This document shows, piece after piece, positions 8,150-17,596 of a DNA stretch of 64,000 bases. The position numbers were made by a program, and so were the translations under genes. Source of the stretch: Thermoanaerobaculia bacterium (GTDB taxonomy: Bacteria > Acidobacteriota > Thermoanaerobaculia > Multivoradales > UBA5704); NCBI GenBank assembly GCA_044226625.1, contig JBGAGQ010000020.1, positions 31,899-95,898 on the forward strand, given 5' to 3'. Positions within the stretch are counted from its first letter, which is position 1. The number at the start of each line of letters is the position of its first letter. The notes under the pieces were generated by a model. That model searched no databases, had not been told where the DNA came from, and was given only the letters and a program-made list of their open reading frames with translations.

Positions 8150-10570
8150 ATGACCCTCCCTTTCGGCCCGCCTCCGCCCAGCGACTCGGTCGAGAGCCTC
8201 CAGGGAGCGATCGAGCGGATCGTCTTCCAGAACCCCGAGACCGGTTGGACGGTGCTGCGCCTGGCCACCACGCGAGGGCGAGAGCCGACCACCGTGGTCG
8301 GATCGCTCGCCGGAGTCCAACCGGGCGAAACGCTTCGGCTCGAGGGCAAGTTCCTCCACGACCCGAAGTTCGGCCGCCAGTTCCGCGCCTTGTCGTTCCA
8401 GACCGTCGCCCCGTCCACCCTCGTCGGTATCGAGCGCTATCTCGCCTCGGGGATGATCCGCGGCGTCGGGGTTGAAATGGCGAAACGGATCGTCGCTCGC
8501 TTCGGCCTGGAGACGCTCGAGGTGATCGAGCGCTCGCCGGACCGCCTGACCGAGGTGGCCGGGATCGGCTCGAAACGGAGCGCCGACATCCGGCGCGCCT
8601 GGGACGAGCAGAAGGGCGTGCGCGAGCTGATGGTCTTCCTCCAGTCGCACGGCGTCTCGACCGGCAACGCCAACCGGATCTACCGGCGCTTCGGCTCGGA
8701 CGCGCTCGCGGTGGTGCGCGAGGACCCGTTCCGGCTCGCCTCCGAGGTGTTCGGCATCGGGTTCAAGAGCGCCGATCGGATCGCCTCGGCGCTCGGCCTC
8801 GCTGCCGACGCCCCACGCCGGCTTCAAGCCGGGCTGCTCCACGCGCTCACCGAGGGGAGCGAGCGGGGACATCTCTACCTCCCGAGGGAGCGGCTGTTCG
8901 CCGAGGCCGCGGCCCTGCTCGGAGGCGTCCAGCCCGAGGCGCTCGACCGGGCGCTCGAGGCGATCGCCGCCTCCGGCCAGGCCGTGGTGGAGCGGGGCGG
9001 ATCCGGAGAGTCGGCCCTTCCCACGGCGCGGCCGAGCGAAACCGCGGTCTATCTCGCCGCCCTCCACGCCGCCGAAACGACGCTCGCCCAGAGGCTCCGG
9101 GGCCTCGTCTTCGGCCCGCCGCCGTCCCGTCCCCTCGAGATCGATCCGGACCGGGCCCTCGGCTGGCTGAGCAAGAAACAAGGGATCGAGCTCGCCGACC
9201 AGCAGCGGGAGGCGATCCGCCGGAGCCTCCTGAGCCAGCTCCTGGTGATCACCGGCGGCCCGGGCACGGGCAAGACCACGTTGATTCGCGGCCTCGTCCG
9301 CATCCTGACCAAGAAAGGGATCAAAGTGGCGCTCGCCGCGCCCACCGGCCGGGCGGCCAAACGGCTCACCGAGGCGACCGGCGTCGAGGCCTCGACGCTC
9401 CACCGCCTGCTCGAGTTCGATCCCCGCCTGCGCCGCTTCCAACGCGGTGCCGAGCTGCCGCTCGACGCCGAGGTCGCGATCGTCGACGAGGCCTCGATGG
9501 TCGACGCCCAGCTCGCCGCGAGCCTCGCGCAGGCGATCCCTCCTCGCGGCCGCCTGATTTTGGTGGGCGACGTCGACCAGCTCCCCTCGGTCGGTCCGGG
9601 GAGCGTGCTCGGCGATCTGATCCGTTCCGGCGTGGTGGACGTGGTACGCCTGACCGAGATCTTCCGCCAGGCCGGCGAGAGCGCGATCGTGGTCAACGCC
9701 CACCGGGTCAACCGCGGCGAGATCCCGACCTCCGCCCCCGCGGGGAGCGATTTCTTCCTCATCGAGCGGCGCGATCCCGAGGAGATCGCCCGGACGGTCG
9801 AGCAGCTGGTCGCCGAGCGGATCCCCGCGAGCTTCGGTTTCGATCCGATCGCCGAGATTCAGGTCCTGGCGCCGATGAACCGCGGGCCGATCGGCGTCGA
9901 GAGCCTGAACGCGGGGTTGCGCGCCCGGCTGAATCCCGGCGGCGCGCCGATCGAGCATGGCGGGCGGGGCTTCCGGGTGGGCGACAAGGTGATGCAGATC
10001 CGCAACGATTACGACCTGGAAGTATGGAACGGCGATCTCGGCCGCATCGCCTCGGTCGACGAGGAGGGAGCGAAGGTGACCGTCAGCTTCGAGGGCCGGC
10101 AGGTCGACTACGCCCCGGAAGATCTCGACCAGCTGCAGCTCGCCTACGCCACCACGATCCACAAGTCCCAGGGCAGCGAATACCCCTGCGTCGTCGTGCC
10201 GCTCCACAGCCAGCACCACCTGCTGCTCCAGAGGAACCTGCTCTATACGGCGATCACCCGGGCGCGGCGTCTCGCGGTCTTGGTCGGAGAGCCGCGGGCG
10301 CTCGCTGCGGCGGTCGCAAACCGCCGCGGCGAGCCCCGTTTCACCCGCCTGGCCGAACGGCTACACCCTCAGCCGGCCGGCTCGGTGGGTGGTTTGGGCG
10401 CCGCTTCCTCAGCCGGCTCGTTCGCGGGCTCCTCCTCCGGCAAGGAGGTCGGAGAAGGATCGAGCGGAGCGTCGATCGGATCGACCGAATCGAAGCGTTC
10501 GACACCGACACCGGGGTCGACCGGCGCGATCGGCGGCAGCGGCGGCACCGGAGCGAGCGGCGCTTCGTAA
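8150..10570 (+). CDS. recD2: ATP-dependent RecD-like DNA helicase (RecD2)
   Basis: N-terminal IERIVFQNPETGW, HhH repeats, Walker A GGPGTGKTT, IVDEASM, AYATTIHKSQGSEY, LYTAITRA. Confidence 0.95.
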   Translation: MTLPFGPPPPSDSVESLQGAIERIVFQNPETGWTVLRLATTRGREPTTVVGSLAGVQPGETLRLEGKFLHDPKFGRQFRALSFQTVAPSTLVGIERYLASGMIRGVGVEMAKRIVARFGLETLEVIERSPDRLTEVAGIGSKRSADIRRAWDEQKGVRELMVFLQSHGVSTGNANRIYRRFGSDALAVVREDPFRLASEVFGIGFKSADRIASALGLAADAPRRLQAGLLHALTEGSERGHLYLPRERLFAEAAALLGGVQPEALDRALEAIAASGQAVVERGGSGESALPTARPSETAVYLAALHAAETTLAQRLRGLVFGPPPSRPLEIDPDRALGWLSKKQGIELADQQREAIRRSLLSQLLVITGGPGTGKTTLIRGLVRILTKKGIKVALAAPTGRAAKRLTEATGVEASTLHRLLEFDPRLRRFQRGAELPLDAEVAIVDEASMVDAQLAASLAQAIPPRGRLILVGDVDQLPSVGPGSVLGDLIRSGVVDVVRLTEIFRQAGESAIVVNAHRVNRGEIPTSAPAGSDFFLIERRDPEEIARTVEQLVAERIPASFGFDPIAEIQVLAPMNRGPIGVESLNAGLRARLNPGGAPIEHGGRGFRVGDKVMQIRNDYDLEVWNGDLGRIASVDEEGAKVTVSFEGRQVDYAPEDLDQLQLAYATTIHKSQGSEYPCVVVPLHSQHHLLLQRNLLYTAITRARRLAVLVGEPRALAAAVANRRGEPRFTRLAERLHPQPAGSVGGLGAASSAGSFAGSSSGKEVGEGSSGASIGSTESKRSTPTPGSTGAIGGSGGTGASGAS

Positions 10571-12147
10571 GGGTCGGGCGGCAGGTCGTTGCCGCCGCGC
10601 GACCGGCGCGGCCCCATCGCGAAGCGGGTGAGGACCACGCCGCCGAAGCCGAAGGTCCAAGCCGCGTAGGCGATCAGGAACCCGGTGAGGGAGAAGAACC
10701 AGCCGAAGGCGTCGAGCGGCCCCGAGCCGAGGTGCAGCAGCTTGCCGAAGATTCGGCAGACCTCGATCGTGAATAGACCGACCAGGGCGGTCGCCACGGC
10801 GCTGCCGAAGCGGCGGTCGAAACGGTGCTCGATCAAGCGGCCGACCCGCAGCGAGAAGGCGCTGAATCCGACCAGGCCGCCGAGGATCAGGGCGAGGAAG
10901 AGGAAGGGGTAGAGGATCAGCAGCGGGATCCCGATGATCGACACCACCAACACCACTGTGACCAGGACGAACAGCGGGATGAACAGCAGCTGCGAGAGCA
11001 GGCCCGCGAGCCCGGCGAGCCAGAAGTCGCTCGCGAGCTTCGCCTCGACGCGCGCCACGGGCTCGCGGCCGACGACCACCGTGACCGCCACGAGCAGGGC
11101 TAGCAGCGCGAGGGTGAGGATCGACCACATCAGGCGCATCGCCCCGGCGAACGGGCCCCACCAGGGCCAGAAGTCGCGATCGCGCCCACCACCGATGTGG
11201 ATGCCCGGACCGATCCCGGCGGCCTCGTTGATCTGACCGTGCACCTTGGCCCCGGGCTCCCGTTCGACCGTGCCACCGACGCTCGTGACGTCGCCGTCGA
11301 TCTCGGCTTTCGGCCCGAGCCGGACGTCGCCGCCCACCGACGTGACATCCCCGCCGACGCGGCCGTTGATCCGCACGTCGCCGCCGATCGCGCTCACCTC
11401 TTCCCGGACCGCGCCGTCGACGGCCGCCGAGCCGCCGATCACCACCACCTGCTCGGCCTCTTCGTTGGCGTCGACCCGGGCGTTGCCGGTGAACCGCACG
11501 ATGGTGCCGAGGTGGACGTCGGCATCCTCGTTCCACTTCGATTCGCTGTCCGGCGGCTCGGGGGGCGCGGGCGGGGACGGCACGTCCGATGGCGAGGGGA
11601 GCTCGGTCGGGGTCGAATCCGCCGGTTCGCCCGAATCCACCTCCTCGTCGCCGGGATCGGTGCTCGAGTCCGCGCTTGCCCCCGAAGAATCCGCGGACGA
11701 CTCGGCGCTACCCGACAAACCGAACAGAGCGCGGCGTTCGGGCGGGGTGAGGTCCAGGAGCTTCAGCAGCGGCCCGGCGTCTTCCCCTACCCAGGCGCGC
11801 AGCACCTCGCGGCTGACCCGCGCGCCGTTGACCGCGATCGAGCTGCCGTTCACCTCGATCGAGCGCACGCCCGACCGCTCGGTGCGGGGCCGCAGCACCA
11901 CACCGTCGCTCAAGGGAAGAACCTCGTAACGACTTTCGATCTCCTGCCGAAGCGGAGCGGTGGTCTGGTTCGCCCCGGTCGTCCCGGTCGTGGCCGTGGC
12001 CGCGGGCCGGCTGGAGGCGGTCGCCTGGGCCGCCATGGGAAGAGTGGCGGAAAGGTGTCCACAGAGCAGCAACAGCACCGCCGCCGCCGTCGGGCGAAGG
12101 GATCGGAGGGCGCCGCGAAGAGTCAAAGGAAGCTCAAAGGTCGACAT
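10369..12147 (-). CDS. Membrane protein with signal peptide, acidic linker, bactofilin-like GGDV repeats and multi-TM C-terminus
   Basis: Repeats IGGDVRINGRVGGDVTSVGGDVRLG, ~6 hydrophobic helices, ATG at 12147 with AGGAG RBS. Confidence 0.8.
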   Translation of the reverse strand: MSTFELPLTLRGALRSLRPTAAAVLLLLCGHLSATLPMAAQATASSRPAATATTGTTGANQTTAPLRQEIESRYEVLPLSDGVVLRPRTERSGVRSIEVNGSSIAVNGARVSREVLRAWVGEDAGPLLKLLDLTPPERRALFGLSGSAESSADSSGASADSSTDPGDEEVDSGEPADSTPTELPSPSDVPSPPAPPEPPDSESKWNEDADVHLGTIVRFTGNARVDANEEAEQVVVIGGSAAVDGAVREEVSAIGGDVRINGRVGGDVTSVGGDVRLGPKAEIDGDVTSVGGTVEREPGAKVHGQINEAAGIGPGIHIGGGRDRDFWPWWGPFAGAMRLMWSILTLALLALLVAVTVVVGREPVARVEAKLASDFWLAGLAGLLSQLLFIPLFVLVTVVLVVSIIGIPLLILYPFLFLALILGGLVGFSAFSLRVGRLIEHRFDRRFGSAVATALVGLFTIEVCRIFGKLLHLGSGPLDAFGWFFSLTGFLIAYAAWTFGFGGVVLTRFAMGPRRSRGGNDLPPDPYEAPLAPVPPLPPIAPVDPGVGVERFDSVDPIDAPLDPSPTSLPEEEPANEPAEEAAPKPPTEPAG

Positions 12148-12661
12148 AGGACCAACTCCTCTCACGTCGGATCAGGTTCTCAAGGAGGAGGAAGGCAGCG
12201 CCCGCCACGGCGGCCAGAATCGCGAGGCTCCAAAGCACCGTCGGGTGGTCGAAAGGAGCGATGAACGCCCGGCACATCGCACCCAGCGCGTTCGCCCAAC
12301 CCGCGAGGGAGATCAACGCCGCCCCCAGCCGGTCGAGCAGATCGGCGGCGAGACGGACCCCTCCCTGCGCCGAGGGTCGCGGCAGGAGCATCCACACCAG
12401 GGGCAACACGAAGAGCACCGCGAATCCGGAGAGCGCCACGCCGCCGAGCAGCGAGGCGCGCGCCCACAGGTGCGAGAGCGCGTGGACCGGCCGTGCTTCT
12501 TCCCGGGTCCGGGTCATCACCCGGGCGGCGAATCCCGACGACGGCCAGCGCTCGGGCAGGTCCGCCATCAGCTCGGCGAGCGCCGCCTCGGCGACCTCGT
12601 CGTCGAGGTCGTCTTCGGCAGCCAGCCATCGCGTCAGGTGCTCGGGGGTCGAACGGTTCAT
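12134..12661 (-). CDS. Membrane protein, anti-sigma-factor-like (no ZAS motif)
   Basis: LPERWPSSGFAARVM motif typical of RsiW-like proteins, 2-3 TM segments, ATG at 12661 with GGAGG RBS. Confidence 0.65.
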   Translation of the reverse strand: MNRSTPEHLTRWLAAEDDLDDEVAEAALAELMADLPERWPSSGFAARVMTRTREEARPVHALSHLWARASLLGGVALSGFAVLFVLPLVWMLLPRPSAQGGVRLAADLLDRLGAALISLAGWANALGAMCRAFIAPFDHPTVLWSLAILAAVAGAAFLLLENLIRRERSWSYVDL

Positions 12662-12680
12662 CGCGTCCTCCAACGAGCCT

Positions 12681-12706
12681 TACGGGCGCCGTGCGTTCGG
12701 AGTTTC
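12681..12706 (-). promoter_or_regulatory. Putative SigW/SigM-type ECF promoter
   Basis: Minus strand GAAAC-N17-CGTA about 20 nt upstream of ATG 12661. Confidence 0.55.
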
Positions 12707-12756
12707 GCCACCGCCGGTCGGACGCGTCGCGCCCGCCGGGACCTCCGGGATCCGCC

Positions 12757-13329
12757 TCAACGGCGGAGCGGGGCGGAGCCGGCCGGAGGGGCCGCGGCGG
12801 CACCGCGCGGCCGAGGGCTCGGCCGCGAGAGGAACATCTGATGGCTCAGCGCGGCGAGGCACCGGTGGGTGATTTTACCCATGCTCGTCGCGCTGTAGCC
12901 CAGCTGCTCGGCGACTTCTTGCGGCTCGAAGCCGATCAGGAAACGGAGCCGCAACACTTTGCGGCACTTCGGGGGAAGCCGCTCGATCAGGCTCTCCAGG
13001 TCGGCGAGCAGCTGTTCCCGCTCCTGGGGCGGCGCGAGCGGGGTCGCGAGCCATTCGAGCAGCGTCTCGTCGACCGCGTTGTAGAGGCTCCGCCGCCGTT
13101 TGCGCCAATACATGAGGCATTTGCGCTTGAGCGTACCGAGCAGCCAAGCCTCGGGATCGTTGATTTCGTGCGCGGTGTAGAGAAGGGAGAAGAAAGTATC
13201 CTGAAACAGATCCGCGGCATCGTCGGTGGGGATCCGGTACGACCAGAGGAGACCCTTTAGCCTCGGCTCGACACGTTCCAGCAGCTCCTCGAACGAATGC
13301 GCCTGCTTTCCTGGATCCTTTTCCTGCAT
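12757..13329 (-). CDS. ECF-type RNA polymerase sigma factor (divergent)
   Basis: DAADLFQDTF...AWLLGTLK (region 2) and IERLPPKCRKVLRLRF...EVAEQLG (region 4). Confidence 0.85.
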   Translation of the reverse strand: MQEKDPGKQAHSFEELLERVEPRLKGLLWSYRIPTDDAADLFQDTFFSLLYTAHEINDPEAWLLGTLKRKCLMYWRKRRRSLYNAVDETLLEWLATPLAPPQEREQLLADLESLIERLPPKCRKVLRLRFLIGFEPQEVAEQLGYSATSMGKITHRCLAALSHQMFLSRPSPRPRGAAAAPPAGSAPLRR

Positions 13330-13440
13330 TTGTCTTGTCCAAAAGTTTCCAAAGACGGTATCACGAGAACCTTGCCAGGGCGAGCAACCCCACCCCGGCC
13401 TGGGCTCCCACGCTCTCGCCGCTCGGACAGGCCCCCCTTC

Positions 13441-14226
13441 TCAAGCCAGTTCGCGCAGCCGGTCGCGAACCAGTTGCATGTCCTCCCAGGTGGGGCGCTT
13501 GAGAGCGGGATTCCGCAGCAGGGCGGCCGGGTGGTAGGTCACCATGGCGGGAACCCCGAGGACGCGGAACCAGCGCCCGCGCATCCGGCCGATGGGATCC
13601 TCGTTGCCGAGGAGTGTCTGGGCCGCGATCCGGCCGAGGGCGACGATCACGCGCGGCTGGATCAGGGCGATCTGCCGTTCGAGGTACCCGCGGCAGGCCA
13701 CCACCTCGTCCGGCTGTGGGTCCCGGTTGCCGGGCGGCCGGCATTTGACGACGTTCGCGATGTAGACGTCCTCGCGGCGAAGGTCGATCGCCTGGACGAT
13801 CCGGGTGAGCAGCTCCCCCGCCCGGCCGACGAAGGGCAATCCCTGCCGGTCCTCTTCGGCCCCCGGGCCTTCGCCGACGAACATCAGCTCCGCGGCGGGA
13901 TTTCCGGAGCCGAACACGGTGCGGTTCCGTCCCTCGCTCAGCCGGCAGCGGGTGCAGGCCGATACCCGCTGCTCGATCTCGGCGAGCTCCGCCACGCGGG
14001 CCGCGAGGTCGGCCGGCGGCTGGCGGGCCGGCATGGGCCGCTCCGGCGCTGTCGTGGCCATGGCAGGAGCATCGCCCGGGGGCGTCGGGGTCTCCGGCGG
14101 GGCGCTCGTGGGAACTGGGGTGGCTCGGGCGTCGCCCATCGAGGCAGCCGCAGGGTAGATCTCCCCGTAGCCGATGTCGGCGAGGTATCCGAGCAGGTCG
14201 CGAAGCGCCGGATCGAGCGCGGCCAT
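13441..14226 (-). CDS. udg: Uracil-DNA glycosylase, family 4 (Fe-S)
   Basis: CTRCRL, VGEGPGAEED, FVGRAG, NVVKCRPPGNR, YHPAALL. Confidence 0.93.
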   Translation of the reverse strand: MAALDPALRDLLGYLADIGYGEIYPAAASMGDARATPVPTSAPPETPTPPGDAPAMATTAPERPMPARQPPADLAARVAELAEIEQRVSACTRCRLSEGRNRTVFGSGNPAAELMFVGEGPGAEEDRQGLPFVGRAGELLTRIVQAIDLRREDVYIANVVKCRPPGNRDPQPDEVVACRGYLERQIALIQPRVIVALGRIAAQTLLGNEDPIGRMRGRWFRVLGVPAMVTYHPAALLRNPALKRPTWEDMQLVRDRLRELA

Positions 14227-15476
14227 CACCGCGGCCCGGCGGCGGTGATTGTGGGGGCGGCGGGGGCGGCCACGGAGGCCCGCTCCGACATCGCGCGAGA
14301 GAACAAGTCGAGCAGGGCGGCGGCGACTCCCGCCTTGCCCTGGCGAGGAATCGCGACCGGCGCCCCCTCGCGAGAGAGGACGAGCACCTCGTTGTCGTCG
14401 CGGCCGAACGCGATGTCGGTGCGGCTCACGTCGTTGGCGACGATGAAGTGGACGTCCTTTTTCATCAGCTTCTTGCGGGCGTTCTCTTCCACGCGTTCGG
14501 TTTCCGCCGCGAATCCGACGCGGACGGCCTGCGGCGCGATGCGTCCCAAACCGGCGAGGATGTCCTCGGTGGGCTCGAGGTCGAAGGTGGGAAGCCCCCG
14601 TTCCTTCTTGATCTTCTGGTCCGCTGGGGCCTTCGGGCGGAAATCGGCGACCGCCGCCGCGAGAATTACCAGGTCGGCCGCAGGAGCGGTTCGGGCGACC
14701 GCCGCGGCCATCTCCGCCGCGGTCTCGACGTCGATCCGCTCCACTCCCGCCGGGGTGGCGAGCGCCACCGGTCCGGCGACGAGGATCGTGCGCGCCCCGC
14801 GACGGGCCGCCTCGGCGGCCAGGGCGAAGCCCATCTTGCCGCTCGAACGATTACCCAGGAAACGGACCGGATCGACCGGCTCGAACGTCGGGCCCGCGCT
14901 CACCAGGATGGTCTGGCCGAACAGGGGCCCCGGCCCGCTCGCGGCGAGCGCTTCGGCCGCGATCCGTTCCGGCTCGGCCATACGGCCCATGCCGATCTCG
15001 CCCGAGGCGAGCGGCCCTTCGACGGGTCCGACGAGACGGGCGCCGCGCGCCTTCAACGTCTCGACATGCAGCTGGAGGGCGGGCTTGCGCCACATCTCGA
15101 AATGCATCGCCGGCGCGAGGACCAGGGGTCCGGAAAACGCGACCGCCGTGGTGGTGAGAAAATCGTCGGCAAGGCCCAGCGCCAGCCGTGCCAGCACGTG
15201 GGCGGTCGCCGGAGCGATCAAGAGGACGTCGGCCCAGGCGGCGGCGGTGATGTGCAGCTCCTCGCCCGAGCCGTTCGGCTCGAGGTACTCCTCGCCGTAG
15301 ACCGGGCCACCCGAGAGGACTTCGAGCGTCAGCGGCGAGACGAACGACCGGGCGCTCGCGGTGAGCGCCACGCGCACCTCGGCGCCCGCCCCCTTCAAGC
15401 GGCGGACGATCTCGGCGGCTTTGTAGGCGGCGATCCCCCCGGTGACCCCCAGCAGCACGCGCGGAGGGCGGCTCAA
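14226..15476 (-). CDS. coaBC: Bifunctional phosphopantothenoylcysteine decarboxylase/ligase
   Basis: GVTGGIAAYKA, APAMHFEMW, DPVRFLGNRSSGKMG, AAVADF, GFAAET. Confidence 0.96.
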   Translation of the reverse strand: MSRPPRVLLGVTGGIAAYKAAEIVRRLKGAGAEVRVALTASARSFVSPLTLEVLSGGPVYGEEYLEPNGSGEELHITAAAWADVLLIAPATAHVLARLALGLADDFLTTTAVAFSGPLVLAPAMHFEMWRKPALQLHVETLKARGARLVGPVEGPLASGEIGMGRMAEPERIAAEALAASGPGPLFGQTILVSAGPTFEPVDPVRFLGNRSSGKMGFALAAEAARRGARTILVAGPVALATPAGVERIDVETAAEMAAAVARTAPAADLVILAAAVADFRPKAPADQKIKKERGLPTFDLEPTEDILAGLGRIAPQAVRVGFAAETERVEENARKKLMKKDVHFIVANDVSRTDIAFGRDDNEVLVLSREGAPVAIPRQGKAGVAAALLDLFSRAMSERASVAAPAAPTITAAGPR

Positions 15477-15516
15477 TTCCTGGCTCCTGTCCCCATCGCC
15501 GGACCGCTACGCGACG

Positions 15517-15738
15517 TCAGTTCGAATCCGTCTCTGCCGCTTCTTCGGCCGCGGGCTCGACCGGCGCGGGACCGATCCCCCACGCGACGAGGTCGCCGTC
15601 GATCTCGCCCATCGCCACCCGGGTCGGCTTGCCCCCCTGCGAGGCGTCGTTCTTCGGCCGGGCGCCGCGCATCAGGTACTCGGCGCGGCGGGCGGCGACC
15701 AGGACGTAACGAAATTTGCTGTCGATGTTCGTGGCCAT
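15517..15738 (-). CDS. rpoZ: RNA polymerase omega subunit
   Basis: IDSKFRYVLVAARRA...KPTRVAMGEI, located between gmk and coaBC. Confidence 0.93.
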   Translation of the reverse strand: MATNIDSKFRYVLVAARRAEYLMRGARPKNDASQGGKPTRVAMGEIDGDLVAWGIGPAPVEPAAEEAAETDSN

Positions 15739-15826
15739 GTCGATCTCTTCCCGATCTTTGGAGTTCAGAGCTTGAGCCCGGAGCCTGGACGGCGCGCGCC
15801 GAAGCGGCTCTACCGGGCGACGCGGC

Positions 15827-16480
15827 TCACGACGCGCCCCGCTCTTGGAAGTCTTTGAGGATGCCCTGGAGCCGACTCTCCATCCGCTCGCGACGGTGAC
15901 GCTTCTCGAGGAGGATCGCGGCGAGCGCTTCGCTCGCCCGGCGGGCGTCATCGTTGACGATAACATATCGATACCGATCGTAACGGCGGATCTCCCAGAG
16001 GGAGACGGCGAGGCGGCGGGCGATCGCGTCCGCGTCGTCGAGGGCACGGCCGGCGAGGCGCCGCTCGAGATCGGCGTAGCTCGGCGGCATGATGAAGATG
16101 CTGTGCGCCTCCGGGTACCGGGCGAGGACGCGCTCGGCGCCCTGAACGTCGATGTCCATGAGCACGTCGATCCCCTGCTCCAACCGGGGGAAGACCTCCG
16201 CCATCGAGGTGCCGTAATAGTTGTTGTGGACCTCGGCCCACTCGAGGAATTCCTCGGCGACGATCATCCCCTGGAACGTCGCGACGTCGATGAAGTGATA
16301 GTCGACGCCGTCACGCTCCCCCTGCCGCGCGCCGCGCGTCGTGTGGCTCACCGAGAACGCGATCTCGGACAGCCCGAGCATGCCGCCGTGCAGCAGGCTG
16401 TTGATGAGCGTCGTCTTGCCCGCCCCGGAAGGGGCCGACAGGATGAACAGCTCGCCGCGGTGGGGGGGATTTTGGCTCAA
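15827..16480 (-). CDS. gmk: Guanylate kinase
   Basis: SAPSGAGKTT, SVSHTTR, DGVDYHF, YYGT, DIDVQGA. Confidence 0.96.
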   Translation of the reverse strand: MSQNPPHRGELFILSAPSGAGKTTLINSLLHGGMLGLSEIAFSVSHTTRGARQGERDGVDYHFIDVATFQGMIVAEEFLEWAEVHNNYYGTSMAEVFPRLEQGIDVLMDIDVQGAERVLARYPEAHSIFIMPPSYADLERRLAGRALDDADAIARRLAVSLWEIRRYDRYRYVIVNDDARRASEALAAILLEKRHRRERMESRLQGILKDFQERGAS

Positions 16481-16543
16481 GCCTGGATCGAAGGCACGGA
16501 AATGAACGACCGATGCTACCAGAACCCGGACCTCCGTTTCGCG

Positions 16544-17425
16544 TCATTCGACGTTCTGGACCTGTTCCCGGATCTGCTCGCAGACGACCTTGGCGTCGAG
16601 GACGATCCGAACCACCTCCGGATGCCGGCACTTGGATCCCAACGTGTTCAACTCGCGGAAGATCTCCTGGGTGAGGAAGTCGAGGCGCTTGCCGACCGCG
16701 TCTTCGTCGTCGGCGAGCGTCCGGAAGTGCTCGAAATGGGCCTTTAGGCGGTCGATCTCCTCGGAGACGTCGCTCCGGTCCGCGAGGATCGCCGCCTCCT
16801 GCGCGAGCCGGGCGGGGTCGAGGGCGGCCGCCCCGGCGAGCAGCTCGGTAAGCCGCCGGTCGAGCGCGGCCTTTGCTTCGGCGAGCACGGGGCCGCGGAG
16901 CGCGTCGATCCGCGCCACCTGATCGGACAGCTCGCCGAGCCGGCCCACCAGCACCGCTCGCAGCTTTCCCCCTTCGAGGCCCCGCGCGGCGACCAGCTGC
17001 GCGAGCGCCCCCTGGGTCGTCGCGCGCAAGAGATCGCGATCCTCGTCGAGCCAGTCGCTCGCGGCGACCTCGACCTTGAACGCCTCGGGAAGGCGGAGGA
17101 GGTCGCCCGCCGCCAGCTCGCCGCTCACCCAACCGCGCGCCGCCAGGTCGCGCACCGCCGCCTGCGCCGTCTCGATGACGGCCGGGTTGATCCGCACCTC
17201 GGCCGGGCGGGCACCGAGGGCCCGGATGTCGATCCGCAGCTCGACCCGGCCGCGCTTGAGCTTCGATGCCAGGAGCTCGCGCACCTCCGGCTCGACCGAG
17301 CGGTACGCCTCGTCGAGCCGCACCTGCACGTCGAGCATCTTGTGGTTGACGCTCCGTAGCGTCGCGGTGATCGCGTAGCGCGAGCTCTCCGCCGTCGCCT
17401 GGCCCGATCCGGTCATGCTGCGCAT
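16544..17425 (-). CDS. yicC: YicC/YloC family endoribonuclease
   Basis: MRSMTG, RSVNHK, DVSEEIDRL, GKRLDFLTQEIFRELNTLGSK, EQIREQVQNVE. Confidence 0.95.
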   Translation of the reverse strand: MRSMTGSGQATAESSRYAITATLRSVNHKMLDVQVRLDEAYRSVEPEVRELLASKLKRGRVELRIDIRALGARPAEVRINPAVIETAQAAVRDLAARGWVSGELAAGDLLRLPEAFKVEVAASDWLDEDRDLLRATTQGALAQLVAARGLEGGKLRAVLVGRLGELSDQVARIDALRGPVLAEAKAALDRRLTELLAGAAALDPARLAQEAAILADRSDVSEEIDRLKAHFEHFRTLADDEDAVGKRLDFLTQEIFRELNTLGSKCRHPEVVRIVLDAKVVCEQIREQVQNVE

Positions 17426-17532
17426 CGCACGGCTCTCCCTCGGAAAGGTCGGTAGTGTACCGGGAAGACGTACGGGCGGTCGCTGAAGGCCTTTGACGGT
17501 TGTCGCCGGGGATGACCGATCGCGCGGAGCGG

Positions 17533-17561
17533 TTGCAAGAGGTGCGCGAATTCTCTAGCCT
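17533..17561 (+). promoter_or_regulatory. Sigma70-type promoter
   Basis: TTGCAA-N17-TAGCCT upstream of the GGGAGG RBS and ATG 17597. Confidence 0.55.
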
Positions 17562-17596
17562 CAGGCGGAGTTCCCCACTCTCCGGGAGGTCCCGCT

